A stretch of 64,000 nucleotides of DNA from positions 186,001 through 250,000 of the forward strand of contig OZ234493.1 in NCBI GenBank assembly GCA_965153455.1, written 5' to 3'. The stretch comes from Sphagnum compactum (Eukaryota). The notes beneath the pieces were generated by a model. That model had not been told where the DNA came from and searched no databases. It worked only from the letters and a program-made list of their open reading frames with translations. A program made the position numbers and the translations under genes. Positions 38,721-51,940 of the stretch are shown piece by piece; within the stretch, counting starts at the first letter, position 1, and the number at the start of each line of letters is the position of its first letter.

Positions 38721-41700
38721 TCAGCAGTTCTCTTTCCCTGGTCGGGGTGAAGGGAGAACAGCTGGACACACACCTTGCAGTTCTTTGTCTTCCACAAACC
38801 CTAGTGGTACCTTTAATGGATCCATCTTTCGAAATGTAATTGATATTCTGCACACAATCAACAATAAAATACCACCACAATTTTCAGGTCCTACCTCAAC
38901 TTCAGTCTCACAAAGAGAACCCTTTGTTTGAATTCAGAACAACCTGAGATACCAAGGTACTGGGATTCCTTCTTATTTCCGAAGCATTCAAAAATCATTT
39001 TCAAATGCCATGAAAAGGACAATCGAAGTGACTTTTCCAGTCTATTGTTTACCTCCTAGTTGGTACTGCAGGAACAGCATGTTTTGCTACATCCGCACCA
39101 TTTCCTTTCAACACTAGCACTGACCTACAAATCCACCGTCCATTGACATGTCCAAAGCCATAACACTTAATGGTGCATATAGGGATCACAAAAAATTCAG
39201 TCCCCACAAGATCAGCACGCATCGAAGTATTGGGGTCCATACAGAAGCAAATTCAACAAAGCTGTTGCTTGGAAAACTCACCCAACAGGAAGAGGAATGG
39301 CGACAGGTCCATCAAACGACCCAGGGCCAACGATTTTGAGATTTCCCCCAAAGAGAATGCAGCATTCACTGAGAAGAGAGAGTGTACAAAATGGACGCAC
39401 AAAATCATGGTGGTCGATGTGAGGTGGTATGCAATCACCCTCATCATAAATGTTGATGATACAACTATCCGGCACACATGTTGTTGGTAAAACATGCCAC
39501 CTCACTAACCGTTTGATAGTATTCCGCAGAAGCTGTGGAAGCGGATCAACAGCTTCCTCATGCAAAATCCCTGGTGGATTCCCATACTTATCCTGTTGAT
39601 CATGGATCCAAAGTTTTCACCTTGTTGAGACAATTATGTAGGAACTGCTTTGATATGACTAAAACAAGTAGTTCTCTGTCAATCCCCAAGAAGAATGATC
39701 ATCTGGCATAGGCTATCATCAAATCCAAGACTTAAGGTGTCAAATTCAGCAAGTGTCTGATAGTGGCAATGTGCCTGAAGCATGCAATGGACACGAGCCT
39801 CTAAGGTGCTGTAGGAAGGATAAAAGTAACTCACTGTTGCATAGTTGTAGCAACACCCAAACTGTATTGTGATTCGGCCCTTGCCTCGCATCCACTTCCG
39901 GGGTTCACTATATGTCCGCTCTGCATCATTAACCCCTTGTTAGAGGCCAGGATTCAGCTTGGAATGTCAGCTAGGTACATAGGTTTACCATTTCCAATAA
40001 AACCTGCTTAATTCAGTCTTGTTTTGTGACCCCAAGGTATTTCATACATGACAAAAAAACAAGGACTTGTACTTCACTGTCTTGCAACACTCAACCTCAA
40101 CTGTATCTATGAGGTCAACCATCCAGTCCAGTTTGCTTGATGTTAAGATTTGGCTTACCTCGGAGTTGTTGCTGACGGCCCTTGGTTTGAAAATCATAGA
40201 CCATGTTTACCAATCTTGTCTGCTCTGCTGCACTAAATACCCCCATATGAAGCTCAAGCCCTTCAACCACATTCAAGAGTCTGCCATCAACTCGTTCCAT
40301 GCACATAAAATCCTTCCTTACTTTCAGACCTAATAAACGGCGCTGTTCTCTCTCTGCTACACTGAGCTGCCGAGAAGGGGTTGTCACTCCCTCCTCGACA
40401 GATCCACTGTCTTCACTGCCTTGAGGAACATCTGATTCACTCACAGCTTGTGCTGCATTTCTCGCTGTGAGCTCACTTATCCTATTAGCAACAGGTGATT
40501 TACCTGCACACAAGTTACATAAGAATTTTGAGTTCCTAGAACTTGGTTTGAGATTAGCATATGGGACATGGTAATATGATGACAGCCATTGTAACAACCA
40601 CAATCTTTCATGAGTCTCATAGAAGATCAAGCCTGGTTAATGAGACTTCTAAGAAGTGCACAAACTAGCTATAGCCCACTCACTATCTAGAGCTCTTAAG
40701 CACTGACCATTCGGGATCTTGCAATTTTGTCTTCAAATCCTCTTATAATGGCACCTGCAAACACTGAGAAACCAAAAAAAAACCTTGGGGAGATATGGTG
40801 GCTGTTCATCCCTAAAAGACTTGGTAATACTTCCAGTTCCTCTTTTTTGCAAGTGACACTTCCAACCCCAGCATAGAATCAAGGAATTCTCCAATACCAT
40901 AACACATGCACCTCCTAGTATGTTAATTCTACCCAGATAGTTTAAACAGCAAATATGCTGATTAAAGCTTGATGAAGTTGCAGAGAAATCTCCACAACAA
41001 CAATTAAAGGTAACACGACAATGAGTCCAGTCATAACCTCATGAGAGTCGCTCACAAAGTGACAGACCATCACCTTCATCATGAATGGCAGTGACGAGCT
41101 GCCATGACTACCCACCGAGTTCATCAGCTCCCAACAGTGGGTGCAGATAAGCATATAATAATCTGCCCAAAAACTTGGGCAAACCATTATACACAATCTG
41201 TGTCCTGAGTTTCTGTTGCCTTTCCAGAAGCAATGGGAAGACTCAGACATGATGTTGGCTACCACTCAAAAGACATTGCTAATCCAAAAAGTCAATAGTA
41301 TCCTCATTCAAGCTGCAACAAGCTTCTGAAGGAAAGAGCTTTTATTTCATTTTAGCATGTCCCTGTATAAGCAAGCATCTATGCCTAATAAAGGAAATAC
41401 GCTGATTAAAGAAGCAATAGTACTGATTGTAAAGAGAGAATAGTTCTTTCCAGCCTCTCACTGTCTCAGCATTGCTATGTACAGAAATTGCTCGAAAAAG
41501 GACTTAAAAAAGAAATCTTTAGGGTTTAAGTTCCGTTGGCCACAAAGGTCATCATCCCACTTCTATGGCTGCTGCTGTTCTATGAAGGTTGTTGTATGAA
41601 CACAGGAAGGGAGTATGTATTGGATGGATGGCCACACTGCAATGCACACTCAATGCAAGAACACTATTCTTACCATCTTTGTCAGTTGGATTGTAATTCT

Positions 41701-42582
41701 CTAGAGTAATTCGTTGGACATGAGCTCCATTAACTCCTACTCGTGTTTTCGAGGCTGCCGGGTTGTTGTTCAAAGAGTGCAGTTCCTTATCACCATTCAC
41801 AACTGAATTTCCATTTGTGCACACTCCATTCTCATCGCTATGTTCACAGTTTTTCCCTTTCAAAAACTGCAGATTTGTTCCTGTCCAAAAGAGAGTATCT
41901 ATGCAAGTTATGATGAGCAAGTACCCCCCCCCCCCCCCCTGCATCACACAAAATCCTAGAAGAGTTGCAACTGTGGATGACAAACAAACAAATAGCATGC
42001 ATGACTCTTTCCCATATTCCATCGCCACCAGAACTACAAAACAAAGTTCAGCAGGGAAAATTCTCAACTGCAAGAAGATGCGAAAAATACAATCCTCATT
42101 ATCGTAGGAAGAAGAAATTCAAAACTGCCGAGAAAACACAAATATTTCACCAAAAACCAATTTTAAAAACAAAAAAACACAAAACAAAGGAAAAACCAAG
42201 AAACAAACAAAGATATAACAAACAAGAAGAAAAGAAAGAAAACGATGAAAAATAAATAAAAATCTTGGCCTCTTCACGAACCTGAAGCAAGATCCCGGAG
42301 CCGAAGTTGCACAAGAGAAGCACAAGAGCTACAAAGTTCTGTGAACAAAAATTCCGACACACCGGAAGCGCGGAGCAATAGCGCCGCCGCCTTCTGCACC
42401 GCCTCCTCCTCCTCCTCCTCATCATCATTATTATTATGTTCCATCACCGCCACTTCTGCGTCTGCTGTCTCCTCCTCCTCCTCGTCCTCATCTTCTTGTT
42501 CTTGTTCTTGTTCTACTACTACTACTTCTTGTGGAGGCAGACTGTGGCGTTTAAAGGAAGCGGTAGTTGGGGTCGTCTCCAT
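38721..42582 (-). CDS. ALKBH9: AlkB-family 2OG-Fe(II) dioxygenase, ALKBH9/ALKBH5-like (putative m6A RNA demethylase), ~482 aa
   Basis: Exons 42582-42282, 41880-41674, 40503-40159, 39920-39835, 39592-39282, 39124-39053, 38847-38721 (1449 nt, GT-AG). Motifs GLELHMGVFSAAEQ, TYSEPRKWMRGKGRITIQFGCCYNYA, HxD (PPHIDHHDF), KHAVPAVP, RISITFRK; acidic low-complexity N-terminus. Confidence 0.92.
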
Positions 42583-42783
42583 TTCAGTAAGAGCGTTGCG
42601 ATGATGGTATTCGTACTGGTTGCGATTGTCGTGCCAGTAGCACGATGGCGGCGGGGGGGGTCCCTTGCGGCCTGCCGCGTAATAACTACCCGTTCTCGTT
42701 GCCGCAGGGCAAGCGCTCCCTCCTCTTCTTCTTCTTAAAGCGGGATGAGGAGAAGCAGGAGGAGGAGGAAACCCAGCGTTGGG

Positions 42784-43450
42784 CGGTTCTTTGAATCTTA
42801 CACAACCGCCGGCTACCTCCGGTTCTTTGAAAAGAATCCGGAATCGAAGAACCGCCGGCCAGATCCGGTTCTTTGAAGCGACTCCCAGAATCGAAGAACT
42901 GCCAGCCAGTTCTGGTTCCTCAAAGAAAATTCCAGAATCGAGGAACCCCCGGTTATACTCGGTTCTTTGAAGAAAATTCCAGAATCAAGGAACCCCCGGT
43001 TATACTCGGTTCTTTGAAGAAAATTCCAGAATAAGAGAACCCCCGGTTATACTCGGTTCTTTGAAGAAATTTCCAGAATCAAAGAACCTCCGGTTATACT
43101 CGGTTCTTTGAGGAATTTCCAGGATCAAAGAACCTCCGGTTACATCAAGTTCTTTGAGGAAAATCCAGACTCAAAGAACCTCCGGTCATCTTCGGCTCTT
43201 TGCATTAAAAAATCCCGAATCACAGAACCTCCGGTTATATTAGGTTCTTTGAAGCAAATCCAGAATCAAAGAACCGTCGGTTATCTCTAGTTCTTTTGAA
43301 GGAAAAAAATCCAAAAATCAAAGAATTGCCAGTTTTGGGGTTCCTTGACAATTCCATTGCCGGTTCAAAGAATTGCCGGTTCCGGCTCTTTCAAATGCAT
43401 TCAAGAACTGATGGGTTTCATGAGAAGAACCGACCCCCACGGTTCTTTGA
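42784..43450. repeat. ~47-bp tandem array (~15 units), each unit with an internal inverted repeat
   Basis: Unit ggttctttgaagaaaattccagaatcaaggaacccccggttatactc with GGTTCTTTGA...TCAAAGAACC arms; central copies near identical, outer copies diverged. Confidence 0.9.
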
Positions 43451-43499
43451 TTATATATATATGCTGAGAACCATGGTTATATATCAAAACCAGTTTCTT

Positions 43500-44605
43500 T
43501 TCTTAATATTGGAGAATGGCGAGTAAGTGGGTGTACACTCGAGTTGATGAATGGGGCAGATATGTGGGTATATGCTTGAGTGTTGATAACCGGAAGGAAT
43601 CCGTCTTTGATTCGAAGACCCGCCCAACACCCAGGCAAAAATTACCCAATCATCCGACACCTGGTAACCCGCGGTTCTAAAAAGTGAGAGCCGCTTCCCA
43701 CACATATGACTGTCAACAAGTGGGAGGAGTTGGAGAACGTATTAAAACATGGGCCACCTGGTAACCGAAGGTTCTCAATATTTGAGAGGCCAGTTCCAAC
43801 ATTTAGTTGTGTCAACCAACATGGCCCAGTTATTGCTATTTTAACAACTGTTTGGTAGGGTTATTTTTTTTTGAATTTCTTGAGGACCACACCGGTTATC
43901 AATATATATATAATTCCAGCGCTGAATAAGTTATCAAAAAAATTGGAAATTCTTGGAGGACCACATCGGTTATCAATATCAAAAAAAAATTCAAGTGTTG
44001 AACATGTTATCAAAAACATTTGGGTAACAAGGATCAATGATGCATAAGGGTAGGTTATCAAATAATCGATTAATAACCATTGGTTAACATGTCAGTTACC
44101 CACTGGTTATAAGTTTGAAAGAAAAACAAAAACAAAAATGTTGTTTTTTTTTTGTTTTTTAATTTTTTAATTAGTATTTGAAGATTGATAACCTACATGG
44201 ATGATAATTGGGTCATCCAGGTAGGTTATCAGATTTTGAAAATTCAATACTAGGCGGTTATAAGAAATTCAAGGACCAACCTATATAGTCTATTACTATT
44301 AACCAACTTGATAACCGGGTCAACACTCAGTGACCAGCCAACACTAGTGTCAACAGGCAGGAGGGGCGGGAAAACATGCCCAACATGGGCACATGGTAAC
44401 CGAAGGTTCTCACAAATAAAAGAGCCGGTTCTGGCGTATGGCTTTGTCCACAAGTGAGGAGGAAAACATGCCCAACATGGGGGACCTGGTAACCGGCGGT
44501 TCTCAAAATTGGAGACCCGGTTCTGACATATGGCTGTGTCAACAAGTGAGATGGGAGAGGAAAAACATGCCCAACATGGGGACCTCATGACCGCTGGTTC
44601 TTGAA
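43500..44605. repeat. Repeat-rich, probably TE-derived segment
   Basis: Four copies of a tggtaaccNNNggttct motif (~43660, 43758, 44394, 44486) and three of aaaacatgcccaacatggg (44371, 44463, 44562); many ggttat/ataacc motifs between them. Confidence 0.6.
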
Positions 44606-44610
44606 AATAG

Positions 44611-47600
44611 TGTGATGAAAAGTGAAGGGGGGATGAAACCCTAAGTTGATGATACAACACCATCAACTACCGAAAGTGGTATGTGACAAAGTTTCGAAGG
44701 TTGATGGTCATGGGAAAAGGTGTTTGCCTATGGTTGTTGTTTGTTTGCATTTGATTTGTTTGTTTGTTTGTTGAAGATTATGTGTGTTGGCTTGGTGTTT
44801 GTGATTTCTTGTTATGAGGGTGCTTGTCAGGTGGTGCTTGTCTCGTCATTCTTCATTGCTAAAAGAAACAAGTCATTTCAAAGTTGGATTTGGGTGGACA
44901 TGAATTATGGGGCATTGAAGGAAGGACTATAAGAAGAGGTCACTGATGTTGTGCAAGAAAGGAAGTACGTTGCATTTGTTTTCCTTGATCATTGATGGTT
45001 GATTGGACGATTTTAGAAGCTAGCATTGTAATGTTTTGTTGGAGAGGAATGTCGTGCAAGAAAGGAAGTACGTTGCATTTGTTTTCCTTGATCATTGATG
45101 GTTGATCGGAAGATTTTAGAAGCTAGCACTATAATGTTTTGTCAGAGAGGAATGCTTCGTTCTTAAGAACTTGACTTCTTTTGAGGCATGCATTTTTTGC
45201 TACACATGAGTTTCAATAGAAGGAATACAAAATTTGAAGTAGATTATACGGGTCACTATAAGAGATGTGATGAAAGGCTCTCGGGGTTTTGGGAGCGATC
45301 CTACTGGCAAGTGATTTGTAATGTGGTTGGGTGTTTCTTTGATGGTTGTTTGGTTTTGTTGCTAGGGAGAAAGTACCCACATGATTGGGAGCTCCGAAGT
45401 GAAGCTTTGTTTTGAAGGAAGTTTTGTTGTTCATGGGGAAGATTTGTTGATAAACATTTTAGAATTGTGCATCACATTTGTCAACTTCTTGATTCAACTT
45501 GTGTAATGATTTTTTTCCAATTTATCTTTGTTAGGGGATGTATATCATCTATGGTTACGGGAATCACCCTTTGTGAAGTGTCTGAAATTGTATAATATCC
45601 CTTTGTGTGTGTTATTTTTCGTGCTATTGTATGAAGGATATTGTTAGCGTTGTCTTGCGGGATACAAGTTTATTAGAGTTGGGGATGAGATTCAATCACA
45701 TATGAGACTGCCATAAAAAGGACTAATTGAGTTCATGAGTGTGAAATTAGAGTAGTTTGATCCCTAAAGACCTATAGATTAGATGTAGTTAGATAAACAA
45801 TAAATGATTAGCTAGGGATCCTTTTGATGTAAATAATTCATTGATTTGTAACTTGCAAGGGTATGTTCATCATTTTATGCATTTGAATATGTATGAATTT
45901 TGTTTCTTTTTGGCATCAAAGTTGGTTTAAGTCTTTCTGGTTAAATCATGCATCAACACGTTTATGATGAGGAGTGTGTGCAGCAAGTATGAGTGATGAA
46001 ATTTTTGTGGTTGAATTTGATTAATGAAGTTTCGAAAGGTATCCACCTCCATGTACCTTGATAATATGTATTGTTGGTTTTGCCACTATTCAGATTGTAA
46101 GGTCTATACGAGTTGCAATATGGTTAATGACATTTACATATGATTAGAGTTGGCTCCTCTTTGATGCACAAAATGTTAGGTTCTTTTACACCTCTGGATG
46201 ACCCTATTTTACTAATTGAGAAACAACATATATTGCGTGAGAAACCTAATGTTGTACCTAGGATAAGGGATATATGGTTGTTTATTAACTTTATGTTGTT
46301 GGGAGGATTTGCAAAATTCATCAAGGTAGAACATAGGGACAAATTGCAAGAGGGCAATTAGATTATTAAAGTGGAGTTCTTTAGATGTGAAGCCTATGTA
46401 TTAAGTTGGAAACTGTGCACATGAATGGAAAAGGGGTACTAGTTTAGGTTTACGTAGGAAGTGATGACATTCATTACAACAACAAAATTAACAACAATAA
46501 TATGATGGCAGTAAGGGTAGAAGAAGAAGATACCAATAAGAACTATGAGGTTGCATAATAGTAAGATGTGTGAACTTGTTGTGCACCAATTTTGGGGTGG
46601 AAAGTAGTTGTCCATGCAAAGGAAAAGCTACAATACCAAATAAATCCCTTGACCCATATCCTTGTGAATTTTTACATTTAAATCTACAAAACAAGAAGGC
46701 TTTTCCATATCTAAGTGATATCTAGGTTTTAACACTAATTTTAAATTAGAATATATATGTTAAAAAGATCAAAGATAGATTGGTGAGAACGGATCATGTT
46801 AAGGTAACATCAAGATTGTTGAATTAGATGTTGGAAATTAATCCAACAAGGATGCACATGTGGGTTGTTGAAAATGAAGATCATGTAGATTTTTGCGTGT
46901 ATTCCTAATTGAAATATTGTTGTTACTGATAAAACAAGATTCCTTATCAACTCTGAGTGTTCATGATGACCAACCTTAAAGGCATGGATGAACTATTATG
47001 GGGGAAATAATTTGAGGATGTCTTGGATTGGATTGAACAATTGGAAATATCATATGAGGTACGAAGGTACGATGATGTTAAACTTTTCAAAATTACAAGG
47101 TTGAATCTACAAAGTAAAGTAAAAGATTAGTAAAAAAAATTCAACTTGCACCTATTGATTAGAACGAGATGAAGATCGGGATGCAACAAAAGTTTGGTGA
47201 TATTGATTTATATGAATTGAGGATGAAAATGAATGAAGTCAAACAAGAACCTTGATAGAGGGTCCAATTTTATTTTGATTGATTGGACAAGCTATTCAGA
47301 AAAGGGAAGATAAAAGATGGTGAACAAAAGCAGAGGTTCCTTGCACATTTGCGACCAAAAATCAAAAAGTTGTGTATGGTGAAAAATTATGCCAATGTTG
47401 AAAAAATGTTTGTAATTGCCAAGGATGTTAAAAAATATTATTGGATGAATTAGGAGAGACACTATTTGAGCCTTTCAAGGAATAATAGGAGGAAGCCATG
47501 ATTTTAGATGCGATATTGGAAAACTAGGTTATTGCTTTGAATGAATCTTTCATTTATTTTCTAAAGGGTGTTTCATAAGGTGTAGGGGTAATTTCATTAG

Positions 47601-50005
47601 GAGCTAACACCTCTATTATGTGTCAAATTTGCAAGTCCAATGATCATATTGCCACAACATGCCCACATATAGGAGACCTGTGCCAAAATGTGCAAAATGT
47701 GGTCATTCGCATAAGATGGAGCTTTATGGAGTAAGGTGCGGATATGTTCTGGTATGGGACACACTAAAAAAAGGTGCTAGAGGCGATGAGAGGATGTGAA
47801 ATTTCCCTTTGCAACCAACAATTAGTTAAAAGTTTTCATAGATGATGAGGAAACCATGTTGGAACAACTCGATAGTTTATGTGATGCAAAACATGATGTC
47901 TTATTAGGGGCAAGGATACCTAGAAATCAATTACTTGTGAAAACACCAAATGAAGTAGTTGAAGATAGGGAATCTGGGCAAATGGATGTTGGTAGAAATT
48001 CTATTGTTTAAAATATTGACTCAATTTTATTAAATGGAAAATATCCTTGTTGCCAATGGAAACCATTTTGGCAATACCAAGGAATATTAGAATCATTAAA
48101 AATTTTGGTCAATTTGGCAAGGAAGAAGTGGGATGATGGATTGAAATTAGTCAATGTTACCAAGGTTGAGAGGGTTCACATGCACTTCATAACATCAATA
48201 TCCATAGGAATCACCACAACAAGATGCTACACCCACTTGTGGAGATAAATAACCATTTGGTAGAAGGCTTGGTAGACATTGGTGCGTCCATGTTTGTCAT
48301 GTCTGTTGAAATAATTTTGGGATAGAATCATACAAGATGATGTTTAGTGTGGTAACACAAGCCTTTAGTAGAATTAATGCATTGCATGTAAGGGTTGGCT
48401 CAATGTTTGGTGTCTTATGATATTATTGATTTTGGACATTGAGAACTATGATTTTTTGTTGGGTTTGGATTCCTTCATCAAAATATGTGTTGTTATGGAT
48501 GTGGAAAAGGGATTAATACAAATAAGCAGGGACCAAGAAACAATGTGGAAATCTTGCCATTGAACATGGTGGATATGTTGCAATTGGTAAACAAAACAAG
48601 GGCTGTAGTGAAGATGAGGGGAGTCCAAATGAAACTTTTCAATTGTGGGGCAGCAGACATTAGCCATTGGAGAAGGTAAAGGAAGGGTTGATTGTACAAG
48701 ATGATGATGATCCATTGTATGATGATGAAGTCCGCTTTGATTCATTTGATGACTCTGATACAAAGATGGAGGATGTGGTAGATGATGGAATGAATAACTT
48801 GTTCGTGTTAGTTAAATCCAAGGCAATTAAAGATTTAATGGATAATGGGATGGAACTTTTTGGATAACAAGAAGGACCCAACCAAATTATGAACTTGATA
48901 TTTGAGGCACAAGCTAACAATGTGATTTTTGGTGAAATATCCGATTTTGATGACTTTGAATATTAGATGTGGTGTGTTGCACAGGATGAAAATAGAAGAA
49001 ATGAACAATTTATTGCTATAAAAGATACATAAGTGACAGATGTTTTTCAATTGGATGTTGAATCAAATGCTCAGGGTGGGGATGCGACATCTAAAGCACC
49101 ATCTAAAGGGAAGGATAGATGGGATAAACTTAAAGCCAAGATTAGAATAAATCTTGATTTGGGTAAGGAGAAGATTGATCAATTATGGGAGCTATTTGAG
49201 TAGTTTTTAAATGTCTTTATTTGACATAAAGGTGAATTGGGATGTTTTAAATATGGGGAGCATCTGGTAGACACCCAAGGTTTCCCACCATGCAAGACCA
49301 TGTTAAGTAGACTTTATTTTTGGGAACAAACTGAAGTACAAAAAAACAAATTGATACCATGGTCATTTTGGGCAAAATGAGGCCAAACACATTGGAGTAT
49401 GTTTACATGGTGAGATTACTAGTGAAGAAGGATGAAAGTCATAGATTTTGTGGTGATTACAGACCATTGAATATGCAAACACACTGAGATTCATTCCCAA
49501 TGGCCTTGGTTGAAAAAGTTTTAACCCAACTTGGAAAATCATAATGGTTTTTTGCATTGTATTTACAATATGGATTTTGGTATATCGAGATAGCTCTAGA
49601 AGAGATATGCAAGTTGGCCTTGATTACCAAATCTAGGTTGTTTGATTGGATTGTCATGCCTTTTGGAGTATGGAATGTTATCAACATGTTTTCCATGACA
49701 ATGATGGAAGTTTTTAGAACACACATGGACAAGTTACTGAAAGTGTTTATAAACAATCTGAATGTCCATAACATGAGTTGAGAAGAACATTTGGAGCATC
49801 TTCAAATGAGGTTAAGGGAAATGAACCTTAAATTCAATCTTGAGAAATGTGAATTTATAAAGTTTAATCTTACATTTCTAAGTCATGTGATGAATAAGGA
49901 TGGCACATGACCAGATCCAAAGAAGGTAAAGGCAATCAAAAAATTCCAATTCCTATTATGTGTCTAATGTGTGTGCTTTTTCGGATTAACATGATCATAC
50001 TAACC
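44611..50005 (+). mobile_element. Degenerate, 3'-truncated Ty3/Gypsy retrotransposon
   Basis: Gag-like region ~47000-47900 with CCHC knuckle CQICKSNDHIATTC (~47620-47660), protease LVEGLVDIGAS (~48257-48290), RT VKKDESHRFCGDYRPLN and VMPFG (~49420-49700), ending near the FxGLT RT/RNase H connection. Possible decayed Met PBS tggcatcaaagt at ~45911. The 5' boundary is uncertain. Confidence 0.85.
44951..45154. repeat. 103-bp tandem duplication
   Basis: gtgcaagaaaggaagtacgttgcatttgttttccttgatcattgatggttga... begins at 44951 and again at 45054. Confidence 0.9.
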
Positions 50006-50274
50006 ATCCCCCAAAAAGTTTAACATTAATTTACAAATATGTTGTAAAACTTTCCAAACTATAGAAATTTGGTGAAAAGCCCAAAACTAAAATTGTGTTG
50101 AAATGTGACAAAATTTTCTAATCAACAATTTGTTTTCCCTAAAACATTTAATGATTTTTTTTTTACAAAAACAGTGAATTCACCATAAAGTACTTTTTTC
50201 AGAATTTCAAGTCACAATTTTGCCAAAATTCATCACACAAAAGGTCTTTGATAATGTTTGCAAGGTGTGAATTA

Positions 50275-50713
50275 TCTATCCATGAAGGAATGTAGTTGGT
50301 TTTGTTATATTTATTAGTTGAAATCTTTCAAACCCCAACACTTCTTGCCATGTTCTTGGTATTGTTTGAAAGCTTTTAACGAGTAAGGGTGCATTGGAGT
50401 GGTTTCATAGTGTTTCAACGAACAGTGCAAAAGTAATTGAATGTTGAACAAAAATTTCACAAAAGTTCAATTTAAATAAAAGAGTTACAAGGGAAATTTG
50501 GGCACATTCTTGGTATTGTGGAAAAGCCCTTGATGAGAGAGATTTAATGGAAGTGATTAAAAATATTTTAGATGTGAGGTGTGGGAGATATTGGACTTTT
50601 GAGTAGATTTTGTCATTGAAAATTCAATTAAATTACAAAAAATGATTTTGCAAGGAAAAATTAATTGGGTACTTATTTTTTTACACTTGGGCTAGTGGCA
50701 CAGGCTACACTAG
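50275..50713 (+). mobile_element. Probable non-autonomous Helitron (~440 bp)
   Basis: Begins TC after A (50274), ends CTAG before T (50714); GC-richer degenerate subterminal segment gggctagtggcacaggct just upstream of CTAG; no TSD; internal duplication of ttcttggtattg...aaagc. Confidence 0.5.
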
Positions 50714-51769
50714 TATTCTTGGAAAACTAAAATGATATACTAAAATGGCCACACCCACCCACAAAGTGCAAACCTCTTGAAAAATTGTGTCAAATTAGAG
50801 TCATTTATTGAAGAATTGTCCAAATGGGGGATTTAAAAAATGAATGATCATAATTTGTATTCAACTATTGTTGAAAGTAGTGTTTTAAAAAAAAAATTTC
50901 TTTCTTTTGTTTTCCTCTTGGGGACAAAAGAAGTGGAGGTGCAAACAATACAAAGAAAAAATGGGCTCAAGTCGCCACATTATGAGGAAAAAAATTCTGA
51001 GGTTGCCATATTTTAGACAATTGGTTCCAACATGTCTTCAAATATAGTAGGAATCCTACCATTTTCTTTCTTTCTTCTCTGACCAATAGCCAAATTTGGC
51101 TAAAGTCCTCTTGTGGATGATGGCCAACTCACCTATCTCCACAAAAAGCACTAGTTGAAAGGGGGAAGAATAATGGCCAATATTAAATGGGTCAAAACAT
51201 TAAAATAGTTTACACAAAAAATTAAAGAAAACAAAACTCCTCAAATGCCCAATTCCTTGGCGTGATTGTAAGAATGATATACTCAAACTTAAAAATAAGA
51301 GAAGTTTGTTGTGGATATAAAAGCCATTGAAGATGATCTAAAAACCTTACACATAAAACATGAATGTACAAAAGACTTTAAAAATAAAAGGATATAAACT
51401 TGGCAAGAAGAGTACAAGTTCTAGAAGAGGAAAACAATCTAAATAGTAAAGATGAGCACTAAGTGAAACAAAAATTGAAGGATTTCAAAGGATCCCTTGG
51501 GCTTTCCTCACTATCATCCATCCTCGACTAATTTCATCAACCATTTTGTGGTAATCCAAGACAATCATATTTCCACACACACACATGTGAAAAAATGTTG
51601 TGTAATTTTGTTCTCATTATCCCCGAGCGTGGTTAGCTTTGCACTACAATAGTGCATAGAACATTCCCCTCAAAGAATGTTCCGTCTGGTGATGCTGTGA
51701 AACCCATGATCCATTGATCAACATGTTAAGTAAACATCCTTCAGCTCCATGATCACCACACTGAGATTA

Positions 51770-51940
51770 AGAACCCACGTGGTTATGTGGTTATTACGGT
51801 GAACATGGAGCACTAACAACCCATGTGGTTATGACATGGAGCACTAACAACCCACGTGGTTATGACATGAAGCCCTAACAACCCATGTTAAGTGAACATG
51901 CTACAACTCCATGATAACCATGGTGTGGTTATGACATTCA
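51770..51940. repeat. 31-bp minisatellite, ~3-4 copies
   Basis: catggagcactaacaacccaYgtggttatga repeated from 51804 with period 31. Confidence 0.8.

Noticed and set aside
42341..42738. Plus-strand poly-Ser and poly-Leu ORFs
   Set aside because: Antisense readings of the acidic ALKBH9 first exon.
42784..43450. CRISPR-like palindromic repeats
   Set aside because: The intervening sequences are homologous to one another, so this is a tandem repeat.
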